Shown in pieces: positions 1 to 25,000 of a DNA stretch of 64,000 nucleotides. How positions within the stretch are numbered: position 1 is the stretch's first letter; each line of letters begins with the position of its first letter. The DNA lies in NCBI GenBank assembly GCA_012295275.1, contig CM022667.1, positions 6,634,001 through 6,698,000 of the forward strand, read 5' to 3'. Position numbers and translations under genes: made by a program. Under the pieces are notes generated by a model. It worked only from the letters and a program-made list of their open reading frames with translations. It had not been told where the DNA came from and did no database searches. The DNA comes from Chrysomallon squamiferum (taxonomy: Eukaryota; Animalia; Mollusca).

Positions 1-11
1 CGTAGACTCAC

Positions 12-93
12 ACGGGACCGCTGTGGATTGTGGCAGACGCACTAAAAGAGCGACAGACACCAGACACAGTCCTAGCAGGCCACACAAACTCAT
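12..93 (-). CDS. First coding (signal-peptide) exon of a secreted protein that continues beyond the left edge; probably a fourth member of the pseudoprotease cluster
   Basis: ATG at 93 gives MSLCGLLGLCLVSVALLVRLPQSTAVP (hydrophobic signal peptide). It ends T|GTGAGT, an 82-nt phase-1 exon with the same length, phase and strand as exon 1 of the neighbouring gene (9556-9637). Family assignment is inference. Confidence 0.55.
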
Positions 94-2006
94 CTTGTCC
101 ACACTGACAACTTTTCTCAGCAGCCTAAACGTTTAGAAGACTTTTATTCAAAGTTCAGCTGGCTCGTACAATCCCACATGAAACATGATACGATGACGTC
201 GCACGACAATGAGGTCGCAGCACAATGACGACGTCTGTTTTTGGAGTCTTACTTCATCGAGAAGCAAACATGATCGGTGAAATTGCGTTTCGTTTGTTCT
301 TACAATTCTCATTCTCTTTTCGTTTTATTTGCACATTTTTGAACTTTCTCAACTGTTTGATGAGTGACGGTACTTCCGGTTTACCGTCAGGTATTTATTT
401 TAATTAGTGGCACCAAAATCTTTACTTAATCATTTGATCATAGCTTTCTCGCGAAAAAAAAAAAATATATATATCGTTTATAAATCATTCTTTCTTTTTA
501 TCGTATTTTTGTTTTTCTGTTTCTCTGTCTGTGTGTGTATGTGTTTGTATGTGTGTGCGTGCCTCTGTCAGTTTAAGATTTAATTGAAAAGCTGTGCACA
601 CCTGACCTAATCCGCTGACTTTTTATCTGAAAGAAGATTTAAACAAACGCAGTGTTTACTTACACCTGTAACACCACAAACAGGAAATGTCAGAAACGGA
701 ACAAATCACGCAAACATTACACAGCTCAATCTTAATAACTACTTTAATAAATGTCTTTATCAACGTTTCATACATTTACTAATACATTTTAGTAATTACG
801 TATTAATTGTTTACATATATGTATATATATATAATGAATGTATGTATATGTATATATTTACTAATAAGTATTATTTTATTTTAATAGCTAGTAAATAGGT
901 TTATGCTATCAGATTTTTCTGTTATAGTTTTATATTAATAATTACAAATTAATTAACGTGTTTTTAGCGTACGTTTTGTCTACTAAAACAAATTGTTTTA
1001 ATGTAATAATTAAATGTGTATATTAATAAACTACCCTATTTTTATTGTAATACAATCTTGTTTTATTTCTGTAAGAGTTTAATTGTTCTCATTAATAGCG
1101 CTTGTGTCATCATACTTAATAACTTCTTTAAACTTGTTTTCTTTGAACACACCTTAATATTCTTTGTGCTAAATATGAATTACATACAATTAAATAAAAC
1201 ATACCAGCACACACACACATATACACACGTGCACACGCATGCACACAAAGACACACACATACACACAGACACACACGAACACATACAGTCACACTCACAC
1301 ACTCATAAAGATATATATACAAATTTACACGCGTAGACCCATACAGACACGTGCACATTAACACAGATATACACACACATACACACACATACACACATAT
1401 ACACACATATACACAAATACTCATATGTGCATAAACAAACACACACGCATACACACGTACGCACGCACGCACATACGGTAAAACAACAACTTGTTAATTA
1501 AGTAAATTTATATTTCAGACCCCATCATTTGCTGCAGATATGTGAACAATACACTTAAAACTGATTTTATCTTATTTAAATATCAAATAATATCGCTACA
1601 ATCGCGTTGCAGTAGTAGAAGTATCTTTGTCTTCTAAATACAACGACGTGGTCTGTGACGTTATCACGGCGTTATTTGTAGTCCGGAACTTACAGTCGTT
1701 TTCTGTGTTTGTTGTTCTCTTGAAAACACCCGCTGAGTTATTTCACTTTGATCACTGAGTTTTCTCTATCAACAAAGAAGACACCAATATTAAATGATTT
1801 CAAGGTAGGGGGTAGGTGCACTTATTTCAGCGCTGTTGGTCTACCAAGGGAATTCATCATGCAAAAATGAAAGGCAAAGATAAAGGGAGGGAGGAAGGAA
1901 AAAAAGAAAAAGGAACAGAAGAGATGAAGAGCAAACACAGAAATATGCTGATTTAATGAGAGGCAATCCTTGTGTGTCATACAGAATACCTTTGTACTAC
2001 GTTGAG

Positions 2007-2483
2007 GTCTGTATGTAAGACATAGGTCTGTATGTAAGTTATATGTCTGTATGTAAGTTATATGTCTGTATGTAAGTTATATGTCTGTATGTAAGACATA
2101 GGTCTGTATGTAAGTTATATGTCTGTATGTAAGTTATATGTCTGTATGTAAGTTATTTGTCTGTATGTAAGTTATATGTCTGTATGTAAGACATAGGTCT
2201 GTATGTAAGTCATATGTCTGTATGTAAGACATAGATCTGTATGTAAGACATAGGTCTGTATGTAAGACATAGGTCTGTATGTAAGTTATATGTCTGTATG
2301 TAAGTCATAGGTCTGTATGTAAATCATATGTCTGTATGTAAGACATAGGTCTGTATGTAAATCATATGTCTGTATGTAAATCATAGGTCTGTATGTAAGA
2401 CATAGGTCTGTATGTAAGTTATATGTCTGTATGTAAGACATATGTCTGTATGTAAGACATGTGTCTGTATGTAAGTCATAGGT
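2007..2483. repeat. 18-bp minisatellite (gtctgtatgtaag[acatag/ttatat]), about 26 copies
   Basis: Direct tandem repetition visible in the sequence. Confidence 0.95.
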
Positions 2484-2548
2484 CGAGTTTAAGAGAGATT
2501 TGAGTTGATCTAAATCATAATAAAACTGTTAGTAAGTGGAAAGTTTGA

Positions 2549-2900
2549 AAAGTGTTTTGTGCAGTGGTTCAGGTTTGTGTACGACACAGAAACTCGAGTT
2601 GTTTGACAAGTGTTTTGTGCAGTGGTTCAGGTTTGTGTACGACACACACAAACTCGAGTTGTTTGACAAGTGTTTTGTGCAGTGGTTCAGGTTTGTCTGT
2701 ACACAAACATCGAGTTGTTTGACAAGTGTTTTGTGCAGTGGTTCAGGTTTGTGTACGACACACACAAACTCGAGTTGTTTGACAAGTGTTTTGTGCAGTG
2801 GTTCAGGTTTGTGTACGACACACAGAAACTCGAGTTGTTTGACAAGTGTTTTGTGCAGTGGTTCAGGTTTGTGTACGACACAGAAACTCGAGTTGTTTGC
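2549..2900. repeat. ~60-bp minisatellite (aagtgttttgtgcagtggttcaggtttgtgtacgacacacacaaactcgagttgtttgac), about 6 copies
   Basis: Head-to-tail copies with no unique spacers; accounts for the repetitive ORFs at 2529-2975. Confidence 0.95.
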
Positions 2901-3661
2901 ACAACAAAACGTTTTAACTTACTAGCGACACAACACAGTGAAACGTCTGTATTAACACACATTCGAATACATTAAACTGTGGTATCTCCGTACCAGTGGA
3001 TACAAGTCCAGTACCCCCTGCTGTAGTTAACACTACAGAACACTGTATCCTCTTTTTAGTAGTACCCTGTGGATACAAGTCGAGTACCCAGTGTAATTAA
3101 AACATTGAATCCTGTTTCGTGTCACCATCCCAGTTTGTTTGAGAAATCTGGAGTAGGAAAGCAAAGTGTGACGTGGATGTGTTTACATCTTGTCAGATCA
3201 AACTGTACACTTCATTATTTACTTGTATTTACTTCATTTTACATAGTTAGTAATAATTTTCTTTCTTTTTTTTTTTTTCGTTATTTGTTTATTTATGTAT
3301 TTGTTATTACATCTTTTTTAGCAAATATATAGTAAATACCTTTATCTTTCCAAGATGGCATCTATTAAATTTTTTTAGTATTTGTTTTGAGCGGGTTATG
3401 TGTTTTTTATCTCTTATTTCTTTAGCAAAAAGAAAAAGAAAATTTTTCGTTCGTTCTAGTGTCATTTCTCGACTATATTTGACTCGTGTAAATACCACTA
3501 AATCTAATAATGAAAGGAAAATGTTTAAATCGTGACAGACAACGTCATACAGTTATTTATAAACTTCAAGGTTAGAAGGAAAAAAGAAGAAAAACACAAA
3601 CAAAGAAACAAGAGATTAAGAAAATGTCACCATCATCATCATCATCATCATCATCATCATT

Positions 3662-3690
3662 GTTATTTATTTATTTATTTATTTATCTAT

Positions 3691-3741
<51 letters not shown>

Positions 3742-3750
3742 TCTATCTAT

Positions 3751-3801
<51 letters not shown>

Positions 3802-3930
3802 TCTATTTATTTATTTATTTATTAATCTATTTATTTATTTATTTATCTATCTATCTATTTATTTATTTATTTATTTATTTATTTATCTATTTATTTATTT
3901 ATTTATTTATTTACTTATTTATTTATTTAT
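3662..3930. repeat. (TTTA/TCTA)n microsatellite preceded by (CAT)n
   Basis: Seen directly. Confidence 0.95.
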
Positions 3931-4401
3931 TTGTCTTTTCTCTTCCTTGTTTGTTTATTTGTTTGTTTTTAAAGAAAATAACAAGAGACACTAGAATATA
4001 TAATAATGCAATACATGGTTAAACTATTGTTTTTGTAAATTAATATATAATGAAAATTACATTAATATTTAGAAATAATCATCCAGTAGAATTATATCTT
4101 AAAAACATTTTTTTTTTCTGTCACAGAGTGATGAATTTGGTGGTAAGTAAATATTTAATTTTATTTACATATAACAATTTACATAGCCTAGATACAATTT
4201 TTTTCTTCTTTCATGCTTTTTTTTTTTTCTTTTTTTTTTTTAAATTAGGCCTAACCTTCTAAAGTAAACTAAATTTCGAAGATACACTTTCTTTTCATGT
4301 TTTTTCCCCTCCGTTTATTTATCTTGTGTCTGTGTGTGTGTAGGTGCGTATAAGAATACGTCAATATGTGCGAAATTTTGTATTCCTTTATGTATGAATA
4401 T

Positions 4402-4505
<104 letters not shown>

Positions 4506-4720
4506 ATATATATATAGTTATTCTAACATTTGATTACTTCTGATATAAACTGTATATGACTAAGTCACAAAACTTATTTCTAAACACTCATGTGTCAGTC
4601 ACAGACGTAGAGATATTTTTAGTAACATAATTTATTCAAAATATAAATAAACTGTTGAACTAAAAATACAAATTATTTTTTATACAGCTTCAGCACAATA
4701 GAGAAAATTAATTTACAGTA

Positions 4721-4763
<43 letters not shown>

Positions 4764-5066
4764 TACTTTCTTCGGTAGATTAAAAATTTAAACATATTAA
4801 AACACCAAATAATGAATTAATTTATAATTTGCCATAAAGACTGTACGAAAACCAAAAGAAAAAAAAACCCACATTCTGTAAGTAAATAAAATTTATATAT
4901 AAATATTTTATGTTGAGTTTCAAACGTCGTCAACGAAGGTAATATTCCACGTTATATAAATATTCATGTCATCTACCAGATCCCGGCTGATATGTTACGA
5001 TTATCCAATGAAACCTTTCGTTCTGTCTCTACACTTGTATTCGCGTTGTTGGTTGGCTGACTGCTG

Positions 5067-9637
<4,571 letters not shown>

Positions 9638-10849
9638 TTTTTTGTTTTAATTTTTTTATCCCTCTCTCGTTTTTTTTTTGTCGGACTGAGAGTTGTTCGA
9701 GTCTTTATACGTACAGCTGTGACTGCGCCGACTCGGGTAAATAACTCGGGTTTATGCGACTGGCGACGAAACACTCTTGAAAATTGTGGCTCCACCCTTA
9801 ACCAAACAGAGCAACACGTGACACGTTGCTGTCGTTTATATTCACACGTTGCCATGTCAACAGCGCACCCGTTATTCGTTTTTTTTGTGTATATTCGTTA
9901 ATTTTACTCTTAGTGTTTGGTATTTAGGTAATATAACGCTTTGCGCGCATGCGTTTCGTGGGTTAAAAATAACTACTGTGACTTTTATATGCTTTCATTT
10001 TGTTTTAATTTTTTTTATTCTTTTTTTTTATTTATTTTATTTTATTTATTTTTTATTTTTTTTTTTTTTTTATAGGCAATTAATCAATTCTTTAATATAG
10101 ATTAAATAACGATTCATTAAACTTAATTATAAAAATAAATGTATATCATTTATTTCTGATTTTTATGTACACAAACTAAATTCTGAGATTCAGTTCTGTT
10201 ACCATTTTCCTGCTTACTGAGAAGTTCTGATTGGTTTTTAGAGAAAATAACGTGTAACTGAGAATTTTCGTGAAATTTTATATGTTTACAGTTTGCAGCA
10301 AACTCTCGGGTTCGTTCACTGGTGACATCTGCTGTGAATTCAACAATCATTTAACAATTTACATATTTCTTCTTCCTTTACTAAACCATTGTATCCGGGT
10401 TTCAACAACGACAAGAATGTTTTTATAATCTTCTTTCTCTCTTCTGTTTAAGTATCTGCTGCTGTTGACAAGGAAGATGTTTTCAGTGCTATTTAATTTC
10501 TCCACATTTGTTCAAGGTGTTATTTATTCTCTCGATTCTTTATTTTTATTAAAGTGTATACGCCTCGTGTCCCGCTCTGCCGTCTCTCAGTGTTAGCCTC
10601 GCTTGGGTGTAGTCGCAGACCAGCGCGTGAACAAATGTCAGGTGATTTCTTCAGACGGACGTGTAACACAGGTGAGAACACGGCGAGCTAAGCCGCGTGT
10701 GACCAGTACGCTGATTAGTGCTAATCTTCACACTTCACAGTTTACTAGCTTCCGGCTCACGAATCAGTTAAATGGTAGTGGGCGGTCGTGTCTTTTGTGT
10801 ACGTCTGTGTGTGTGTGTGCGTGCGTAGTAGCGTGCGTGTGTGTATGTG

Positions 10850-11420
10850 TGCCTTTATATGTGTGTCTGTTGTGTGTGCGTGTATGTGTATGTGTCTGTT
10901 GTGTGTGCGTGTGTCTGTTGTGTGTGCATGTATGTATGTGTCTGTTGTGTGTGCATGTATGTGTATGTGTCTCTGTTGTGTGTGCATGTATGTGTATGTG
11001 TCTGTTGTGTGTGCATGTATATGTATGTGTCTGTTGTGTGTGCGTGTATGTGTATGTGTCTGTTGTGTGTGCGTGTATGTGTATGTGTCTGTTGTGTGTG
11101 CGTGTATATGTATGTGTCTGTTGTGTGTTCTTGTATATGTATGTGTCTGTTGTGTGTGCGTGTATGTGTATGTATCTGTTGTGTATGCGTGTATGAGTAT
11201 GTGTCTGTTGTGTGTGCGTGTATATGTATGTGTCTGTTGTGTGTGCTTGTATATGTATGTGTCTGCTGTGTATGTGTGTCTGTGTTCTGTGTGCGTGTGT
11301 GTGTGTCTATATATATCTTGTGTATCTGCGTATCTATGTATATGTGTTTGCTGGTATATGTTAGTGTGTGTGTATATGTGTCTGTATGTGTTTCTATGTA
11401 TGCATGTGTGTGTGTGTATT
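10850..11420. repeat. TG-rich ~28-bp satellite (gtatgtgtatgtgtctgttgtgtgtgc), followed by (GA)n at 11464-11554
   Basis: Seen directly. Confidence 0.9.
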
Positions 11421-11460
11421 CTAATAATAGATTCATATTTCCCCCCATGACAAAAGCCCG

Positions 11461-11557
<97 letters not shown>

Positions 11558-12863
11558 TAATAATTTCTATTTATCAAAACACAAGACATAAACAAAGTGA
11601 AATGCACAGCTGACTTAACGTGTGGATGCAAACTGTATCAGAACGAGGTTCATGTTGACATTAATTCTGTTGTCTGGAACGGACTGGTTTAAAACAGATT
11701 TTGTTTTGTATGTTCACTTATCCCTGACTATTCATCAACAAAAAGACGTCAGTGTCGTCGTAGCACCGTGCTACTCATTTTAACCATGTGCACGATGTCG
11801 TAGAATGTTTAAATTATGTTTAATGCGTCGAAAAACAAATATTTATTTCTTTCTTGTTGTCGGAATGTAATGTTTTATATCTCAGTTATCCGCCCTTGCT
11901 CAAAACTTGTTACACTTTTAACTGAGGTTTTGAAAGGTTAAAGGTCAGAGGTCGTGTTAGTACGAGCAGTAGTTTAATTATAGCTGACTCAAGTCTCTTT
12001 GTTTAAATATACCGCGATACATTTCAGTATTAACAGAACACAATTGTCTGTCATAATTACGACATTTAACAGTGACGTAAGAAGGAAATTTGCTACTATA
12101 GTCTGTGTACATTTTCTGTTTTAACTAAAAACAATAAACTGGTCATTTAAGCTTACTGATGTCTGCGATGGGTTTTAGCAGATTATAACTGAAGAAAGTA
12201 ATTATTGCAGGAAAGCTGTTTCTGATGTTATCTATGTTTTTCTTTTCAAATGTCTGTTGTAGATGTAACTGAATACTTGGTAAATAAATAAATAAAAATG
12301 AATAAGCAAACAAACAAACAAACGAATGGAATTTTTAATTTTATCTTCTGAATTCAAGGTTCATCAATCTTTCAATCTGTTATTTAAAAACAAAAGCAAA
12401 CAGTAAAGTATTTTATTTCCTGAGTTTGATTACACAATCAGCCAGTATTAATGAAAAAAAAAATTCAATTTCCGTTTTCGTGATGAAAAATGTATTAAAA
12501 TTAACTTTTATGATTCAGTGCCTGTCTTACAGGAAACTTTTTTTTAGGATTTATGATTTTTATGCTGAACTCAGAGAAGAAAGATTATTTTGTGATGAAT
12601 TGTAATTAAAATATATCTGTGTGTAACTTCCAACAGAAAGGTTTGTTAAGACAGTTTGTTAGCTGTTCAGATATAAACAAACATGTTAGACATTTTATAA
12701 ATTTATTTAGTTATTTATTTATTTGCAATAACTTTATAATTTTTCTTATTATTACTGTTCGTGTTAATTCTGTTATTATTGGTCTTGTTATTATTCCTGC
12801 TAATTATACTAATATTTTTGTTTTATTTTTATTATTATTATTATTATTATTATTTTGTTGTCG

Positions 12864-12901
<38 letters not shown>

Positions 12902-13457
12902 CGTAGTGGTGGTTGTGTTTCGACTTGTTAAAGCGTGTGTGTGATGTACATACATATATCATAAGAATATTGTTTATATTTCAATGTGGTATTTTATTTA
13001 CTTATAATTAATAGTACATGACAAATTATTACATTAATGTCATCAGTATGTACATGTATTCATTTGCTAATATATTCCTTTGCTAAGTCTGAAAAAAACT
13101 CGTCCTGTGATAACAATATTAAAAGAAGAAAAATAAATATTATAAATCACTAAATTATCGTGAGCTTATAATTATGCTTCGTCTGTGGGTGTATTTTTAA
13201 AGGTAATGGGTGTTTTGTTTCTTTGCTGTTGTTGTTGTTTTATGTTTGTTTCTATTTTATTTTTATTTTATTCACATAAATATTTCATTACTAACAATAA
13301 AGAAAGGAGGAAATGAAAAATAAAATAATAATATGTTTAATCGATTTATTTATATCACAAAGACACAAAGAAACGTTATTAATAAATTAGTATTCAGATT
13401 TAAGTTAGTTTTAGTTTTTGAAGTGAAGTCTGCAGGCAGCCATTTTGGACTGGTCCA

Positions 13458-18755
<5,298 letters not shown>

Positions 18756-19319
18756 CTTCTTTTCCTCACGTGCTCCAGTAGTGAGCGTCTGTTTGTCTTG
18801 TTGTCTGTTCTTCTTACGTGAGCACAAAAGACATCTGTGTGTGAGTTTGGTGAGTCGACAGAATCAGAGATGACGGAGACTGCGCTCTCCCCTCCCTGTT
18901 ACTAAACACGCAGAAAGAGATTCGAGAAGAGATCGGGTTGTAACTCGTCCATTGTAGTCGTGTTTGCTCTCCCGTTGTGTTAAAAATATCTACCTTCGTT
19001 TTTTCTTTACAGAACGCTAAATAAACACAGAACATTGTCCAGCGATCTCCACGTCACTCGATGTCTATATACCCGCTACCCGGAGAATACACGTGTTTCT
19101 GAGCAGACGAGTGGACAATAGACGGGTGTAAACAGAACTTTGGTCGTGTAAAGTTTGTTTTGTTTGATGTCACAGAAAGTGTGAGTGTCGTTGTCTTACA
19201 AAATTTTAACCCAGTGTTTACATTTTGTTATTATTCTTTCTTCTAATTCTTTTATTATTTTTTTTAAATATTTGATTGTAGACTTAGTCATGTTTCACTA
19301 GAACATACACCTGACACCC

Positions 19320-19450
19320 ACAAAGGTCACAGGATCAATTCTCGGTGCTGTCACGTGACTTCCTTCTATTTAGTCAACTGCGTCATAACTGGTTAAAAAA
19401 TCGTGGTATGTACTTTTCTGTCCACTAGAATTAACAATTACTTGCTGTCA
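19320..19450 (+). mobile_element. Possible degenerate SINE-like fragment
   Basis: Pol III B-box-like ggatcaattc followed by ...cataactggttaaaaaatcgtggtatgtacttttctgtc. It resembles tRNA-derived interspersed repeats, but this is weak and from pattern recall only. Confidence 0.25.
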
Positions 19451-19808
19451 CGTGACTCCATTCTACTTCGTCATAACTGACACACATACACACATGTATT
19501 ATAATTGTGTGCGTTTGTTCACAGGATCATTGATACAATATACATGTGTGGGGGTATGTGGAAATGCGTGGGTCACAAAACCAAACTGTAAATACTTGTA
19601 TAATAATTAATAGAGATTTTTCACTGAACAAACACTCAGCTGTTGTCTCGCTGATTTCTTACATCGTGAGAAATGTTTAACTTTCAGGTTAAACACCTGG
19701 GCGTTAGCGCCTCAGTGTTACTATGACAACACAGGTGAAATCTATATTAAATTTATAACTTAGAAATTACACCGCATTATTCATCCTACCTCTGTCAGAT
19801 TGAAAACA

Positions 19809-19920
<112 letters not shown>

Positions 19921-20229
19921 ATAATAATTAATAAATAAATAAATCATAAAAATTCAACCTAGCTCCACAACTTTAAAAACTTTTTGAAATGAAGCGCTGA
20001 AAATATGGAAGGTATAGAACTAATACTTTCATAGTTGTCTCCCCTACACAGAAATTGAAATGTCTTACTGCAGACCTGACCAGTATCTAATTTACTGGTT
20101 TTCAGTGTGGTACTCACTGAGATCGAATCCAGATATCGACAAGTAACTGCTGTGAAAAATTAGACACCTTATTTAAATCCTTGTTTCAGGATTTCAGGTT
20201 TTTTTTAATACGCTACACAGAAATGTACA

Positions 20230-20690
20230 AGTGAATGTCTGTTTATTTCACTGTAATTTTTATATCAACCTGCTCATAAATTACAAGTTTACAGTAGAAC
20301 TTAGATTATATGGTTATATTAATTCAGATGGATGTCGTATGTTTAGTGAAGATTTAATGCACATTTTCTGGTTATGTAAACATGTTCAGACATTTTGGAA
20401 AACTGTTACAAACCACAAACTTTTTTAGAACAAAAGAGACTTCAAATAAATGCACAAACAATAATTGAAGACAACCCAAAATATTCTGAAAAGCATAATG
20501 AATTTAATATTGTTAATTGCCAAGCAGTACGTATATAAATCAAAATAGAAACACCAACAAATAATTTTAACTGGATTCCAAAATATTCTGAACATGTATT
20601 ATTACACAAATGAATATATATGTAAGATAAGTAACACAACAGTTAAATCTGAAGAAAAACTGAATATTTGGACAAAATGATTTTTATAAA
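20230..20690 (+). mobile_element. Degenerate non-LTR retrotransposon (L1/Tx1-like) ORF2 3' end with zf-RVT zinc knuckle
   Basis: Translation LRLYGYINSDGCRMFSEDLMHIFWLCKHVQTFWKTV fits the C-x-ED-xx-H-x-F-xx-C-x6-W pattern of LINE C-terminal zinc-binding domains. A downstream LLIAKQYVYKSK segment is also typical. The frame is broken. Confidence 0.65.
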
Positions 20691-21342
20691 ATGTAAATAA
20701 TGTCATCACTATTTAGGGATAGAAAATGCAAAAATATGCAAAGATTTTATTTATTTTTCTATTTTATTTTTTCCGTTATGTTGTCTTGTATATTTCTTAC
20801 CATACACATGACATATATTTACTACTAGCAATATGTTGAACATAGTCATAGTTGTTGTTGTTTTGGAGGGGGTTGGGGGTGGTGGAGATTTCTGTATTTT
20901 AACACATTAATTTACTTTATATTTTGTTATGTTAGCATGTATTAGTTGTACTGCGTTTTATACTGTATATTCTCTGGCGAATTTAATTTAAAATTATTTA
21001 AAAAAAAAAAAAAATTTAAAAATTTGAAAATGAGATTAATGTACGGTGAAACGAAACAAATAAAGTTCTGGAATAAAGGAAAACTATTAAAAACTTCTAC
21101 TTTGTACAAGAAATGTGTTGACGAAATGATTACATTATTAAAATTTATACGTTAATTCTTTTATTCTTTCGTTACTAGAATACCTGGCACAGTCCACTAT
21201 AGATAAACTGATTAACGCATACACTGAACAACAAACGTAAAAAACTTTGCATTTGATATTTATTTCCTAAAACAGTTCGAGTTTTACATTTAAATCTGAA
21301 TAAATAGCGAGTAACGTGTTTGTGCTCAACGTATGCACAGTT

Positions 21343-21535
21343 CTAGATATCTGAGTTCATCGTGTTTCGAATCCAGTCCACCATCTTCGTGACGTCTGCT
21401 ATGGGAACAGGTGCCCCGGATGAACACTGGATCCTAAGAAGGATTACGCCTTTCAGCACCCACTTACCAGTCGATTCTAAGCAAGACACTGGTCCGCCAT
21501 TGTCACCCTAAAATATGAATTATTATTATTATTAT

Positions 21536-21618
<83 letters not shown>

Positions 21619-22013
21619 TTATGTATGTATAAAGGAAAGACAAAGTGAACAGAAATTTAAATAATTAATAAGTAAATGAAGAAAATAATAGGATTAATAA
21701 CAACAATCTACAAATACAATATAGAACAGGACGCACAGACAGACAAACTGTCTGTTAAACACGATGAGTGTGTGTAGTGAGAAAGAGAGGAGCTGTTTGT
21801 TTCTCAAACTTACAACACAGTTGAACGCTGCGGGTCGCTGGTAGCTCAGTGCGCATGTCGTGTTGGCCGGAAGTGTCTCGATGTTTGACGTGTAGTACTC
21901 GATGTAGCCGCACGTGTTCACGGTGGGAATCCAGACAGGAGCGATCTGCAGTTTGTCTTTGATGTCTGCAAAACAGCAAATAGTAATATCAGTACCAAAA
22001 CATACTATATATA

Positions 22014-22086
<73 letters not shown>

Positions 22087-25000
22087 ATTATATTAAAATA
22101 ATTTATTTTTCTTATTTCATTTTTTTTTTTTAATACATTTTTATTTTATTAGCACATATTTTATAATATTTTGTCAATTTGTTATTTATATAATGACTGC
22201 ATGTACATACTTCGCATGAAGAAAATATTAATTATTTTTATTATTATTATTTTATTCATTATTATTAATGTTTGTTTGGTTGTTTTGTTGTGTTTGTTTT
22301 GTTTTTGTTTTTGTTTTTTGAGCAGGTTGTTTACCGTTCGTCTCGGTGTTTCCCCAGCCAGTCATCACACAGCCGCCGTCTGCGCATGTGCTGCTGCTGG
22401 ATGACGTCGGCAGACAGATCGGAGTGACGCAGTCTGTGTAGTCGACTGCTTTGTTTAACTGAATCACCACAACACCGTTAGCTGAAACAACCAGCAGTTG
22501 TACACCCTTTGTAACGACGCCACGTAATCACAACAACAACAACTACTACTACTGCTACTACTACTATTATGTACCACAAGTACTACTGGTACTACTTCAG
22601 TTTTTCATCTTACTACTACAACCAAAAGAACTATTTTTACTGCTACTACATCTACTACTATTACTACTTAATCTAGTACTACTATTATTACTAATATTAT
22701 TACTAGTTACTACTAGTAGTACTACTACTGCTGCTACTTCATACTTAGTCTTAAAGGTAAATATAAAGACGTATAATACAAATGAAATTGCTAATAATTA
22801 CACATACATTTAATATGTACACAGACATATAAACACACCACACAAAAACAAAACACACACAAACACAGACACACACACACATACACACAAACAAACACAC
22901 AAACAAACAAGACAAAATAAATATAGTATTTCGCATCTGGAATGTACAGAATATCCAAGAAAAAACTAAACAATTTACTATAACATAGAATACATTAAAA
23001 AGAGTCACCTTGGTAACTGCGGGAATTGTACTGCAGGTATTGCTGGTTGATCTGGTAGAAGTTCTTCACGTTCTGGTCAAACCCTGGGTGAAGATGCCAT
23101 CGTTTTATCGTAAACACCTGCTCTGCCAACACGTTGTTGTAGTAGTCGGTGTTCATGTGATCCCAGTCTCCGGCAACTATGAGGATGTCGTCTTCCACGG
23201 TGAAGTCGTTGGGATTGGAGCCAGTGCCAGCCCTGAATTTAGAAATTAAATAGTAACACCAACAACGACAACAACAACAACAACAACAGTAATAATAATA
23301 AAAGCAGTATATACAAACACACAGTCACACAAAAATAGATATAATCGTACATACACCTATATATCTATACAGCATACATACAGACATATATACATACTAC
23401 ATACATTCGTGTGTGTGTGTGTGTGTGTGTGAACTTTGATACATAGTGTAATAAATAAACTAAAACAATTAAAAGATTAACGTTGACTAATACTGTACTA
23501 AGATTAATGCACGCCTGTCAGGTAGTCTACTCTTACCAGAAGAGACACACTGCTGACGTCACCACATGCTGTGGACCAATCAGCGTCGCTCCACACAGAT
23601 GTCTGGTGTTGTCCATTGTGAGGGGCTTTGACTGGTCCAAGCGTCCACGGATCGAAACCTGCCAGGGAATGAGGCATTGTGGGATTGTTTGTCCGTATCC
23701 TATCCTGGCTGACAGAGCAGCTACAGTACCACACTGAGGAGGTGGGGTCACTGAAATAATTAAATATTTATATATATATAGGATTGTGAGTGTGTATGTC
23801 TGTGTGTGTATGCTTATATATGTATATCGGTGTTATATATGTATGTGTGTAGGTATGTAGTTATGCATGCCCTGTATCTCACTCTCACTCTCTCTCTCAC
23901 ACACACACACACACAGTCATACACAGTCACACACACACACACACACACGCATTCACACACACACATACCCACACATACACACTCACACACACACACGCAC
24001 ACACACACACGCACACACGCACACACACACACACACTCACGTGTTTATACTGATCGTACCTCCACCGTCTACACAGCACACTTTTCCGGACGGACACATG
24101 AACGGACTGTTGTACCACGTGTGGGGCGTGGTCCCCGCCGGACACACCGACCCCGAGTAACACGTCTGATGTTTCGTGTCCTTCTGATTGTTGAACTCAC
24201 AGTAACCTGCAACAACAACTACTACAAACAACAACAACAGTACAACTACAACAACTACAACAACAACAACAACAACACTAATAATACTAATAATAATAAT
24301 GATAACAACAACAACAACACTAATACTAATTATTATAATAATAACAACTGTAATAATAACAAGAACGATAAAAAAAACAACAACAAAAAACAACGATATC
24401 AACATAAATTAATAATAATATAAATAATAATATAAATAATAATAATAATAATAATAATTATAATAATAATAATAAAAATGATAATGATAATGATAATTAA
24501 TTAATAAAATTAATAAACAGTTAAGTACGACTTTAATTGTGAATGTGTTTGAAATATCGACACACCAGTAACATCAGGTTAATTAATTACTCTGACTGTT
24601 TTTACCACTAATATAACTTGACATATTTTATTTATAAACAAAACTAAATAAAAAATAATAAAAGTAAATTAATTACACTGACTGTTTTTACCACTAATAT
24701 AACTTGACATATTTTATTTATAAACAAAACTAAATAAAAATAATAATAAAAGTAAATTAATTACTCTGACTGTTTTTACCAGTAATATAACTTGACATGT
24801 TTTATTTATAAACAAAATTAACTAACAAATAATAATAAAAGTAAATTAATTACTCTGTTTTTACCAGTAATATAACTTGACATGTTTTATTTATAAACAA
24901 AATTAACTAACAAATAATAATAAAAGTAAATTAATTACACTGTTTTTACCACTAATGTAACTTGACATGTTTTATTTATAAACAAAACTAAATAAAAATA

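Noticed and set aside
2549-2900. 60-bp repeats as a CRISPR-like array
   Set aside because: Copies are head-to-tail with no unique spacers, the context is eukaryotic and there are no cas genes.
10603-11631. Cys/Val- and His/Thr-rich ORFs (metallothionein-like appearance)
   Set aside because: Translations of a TG-rich satellite and (GA)n; no splice or domain support.
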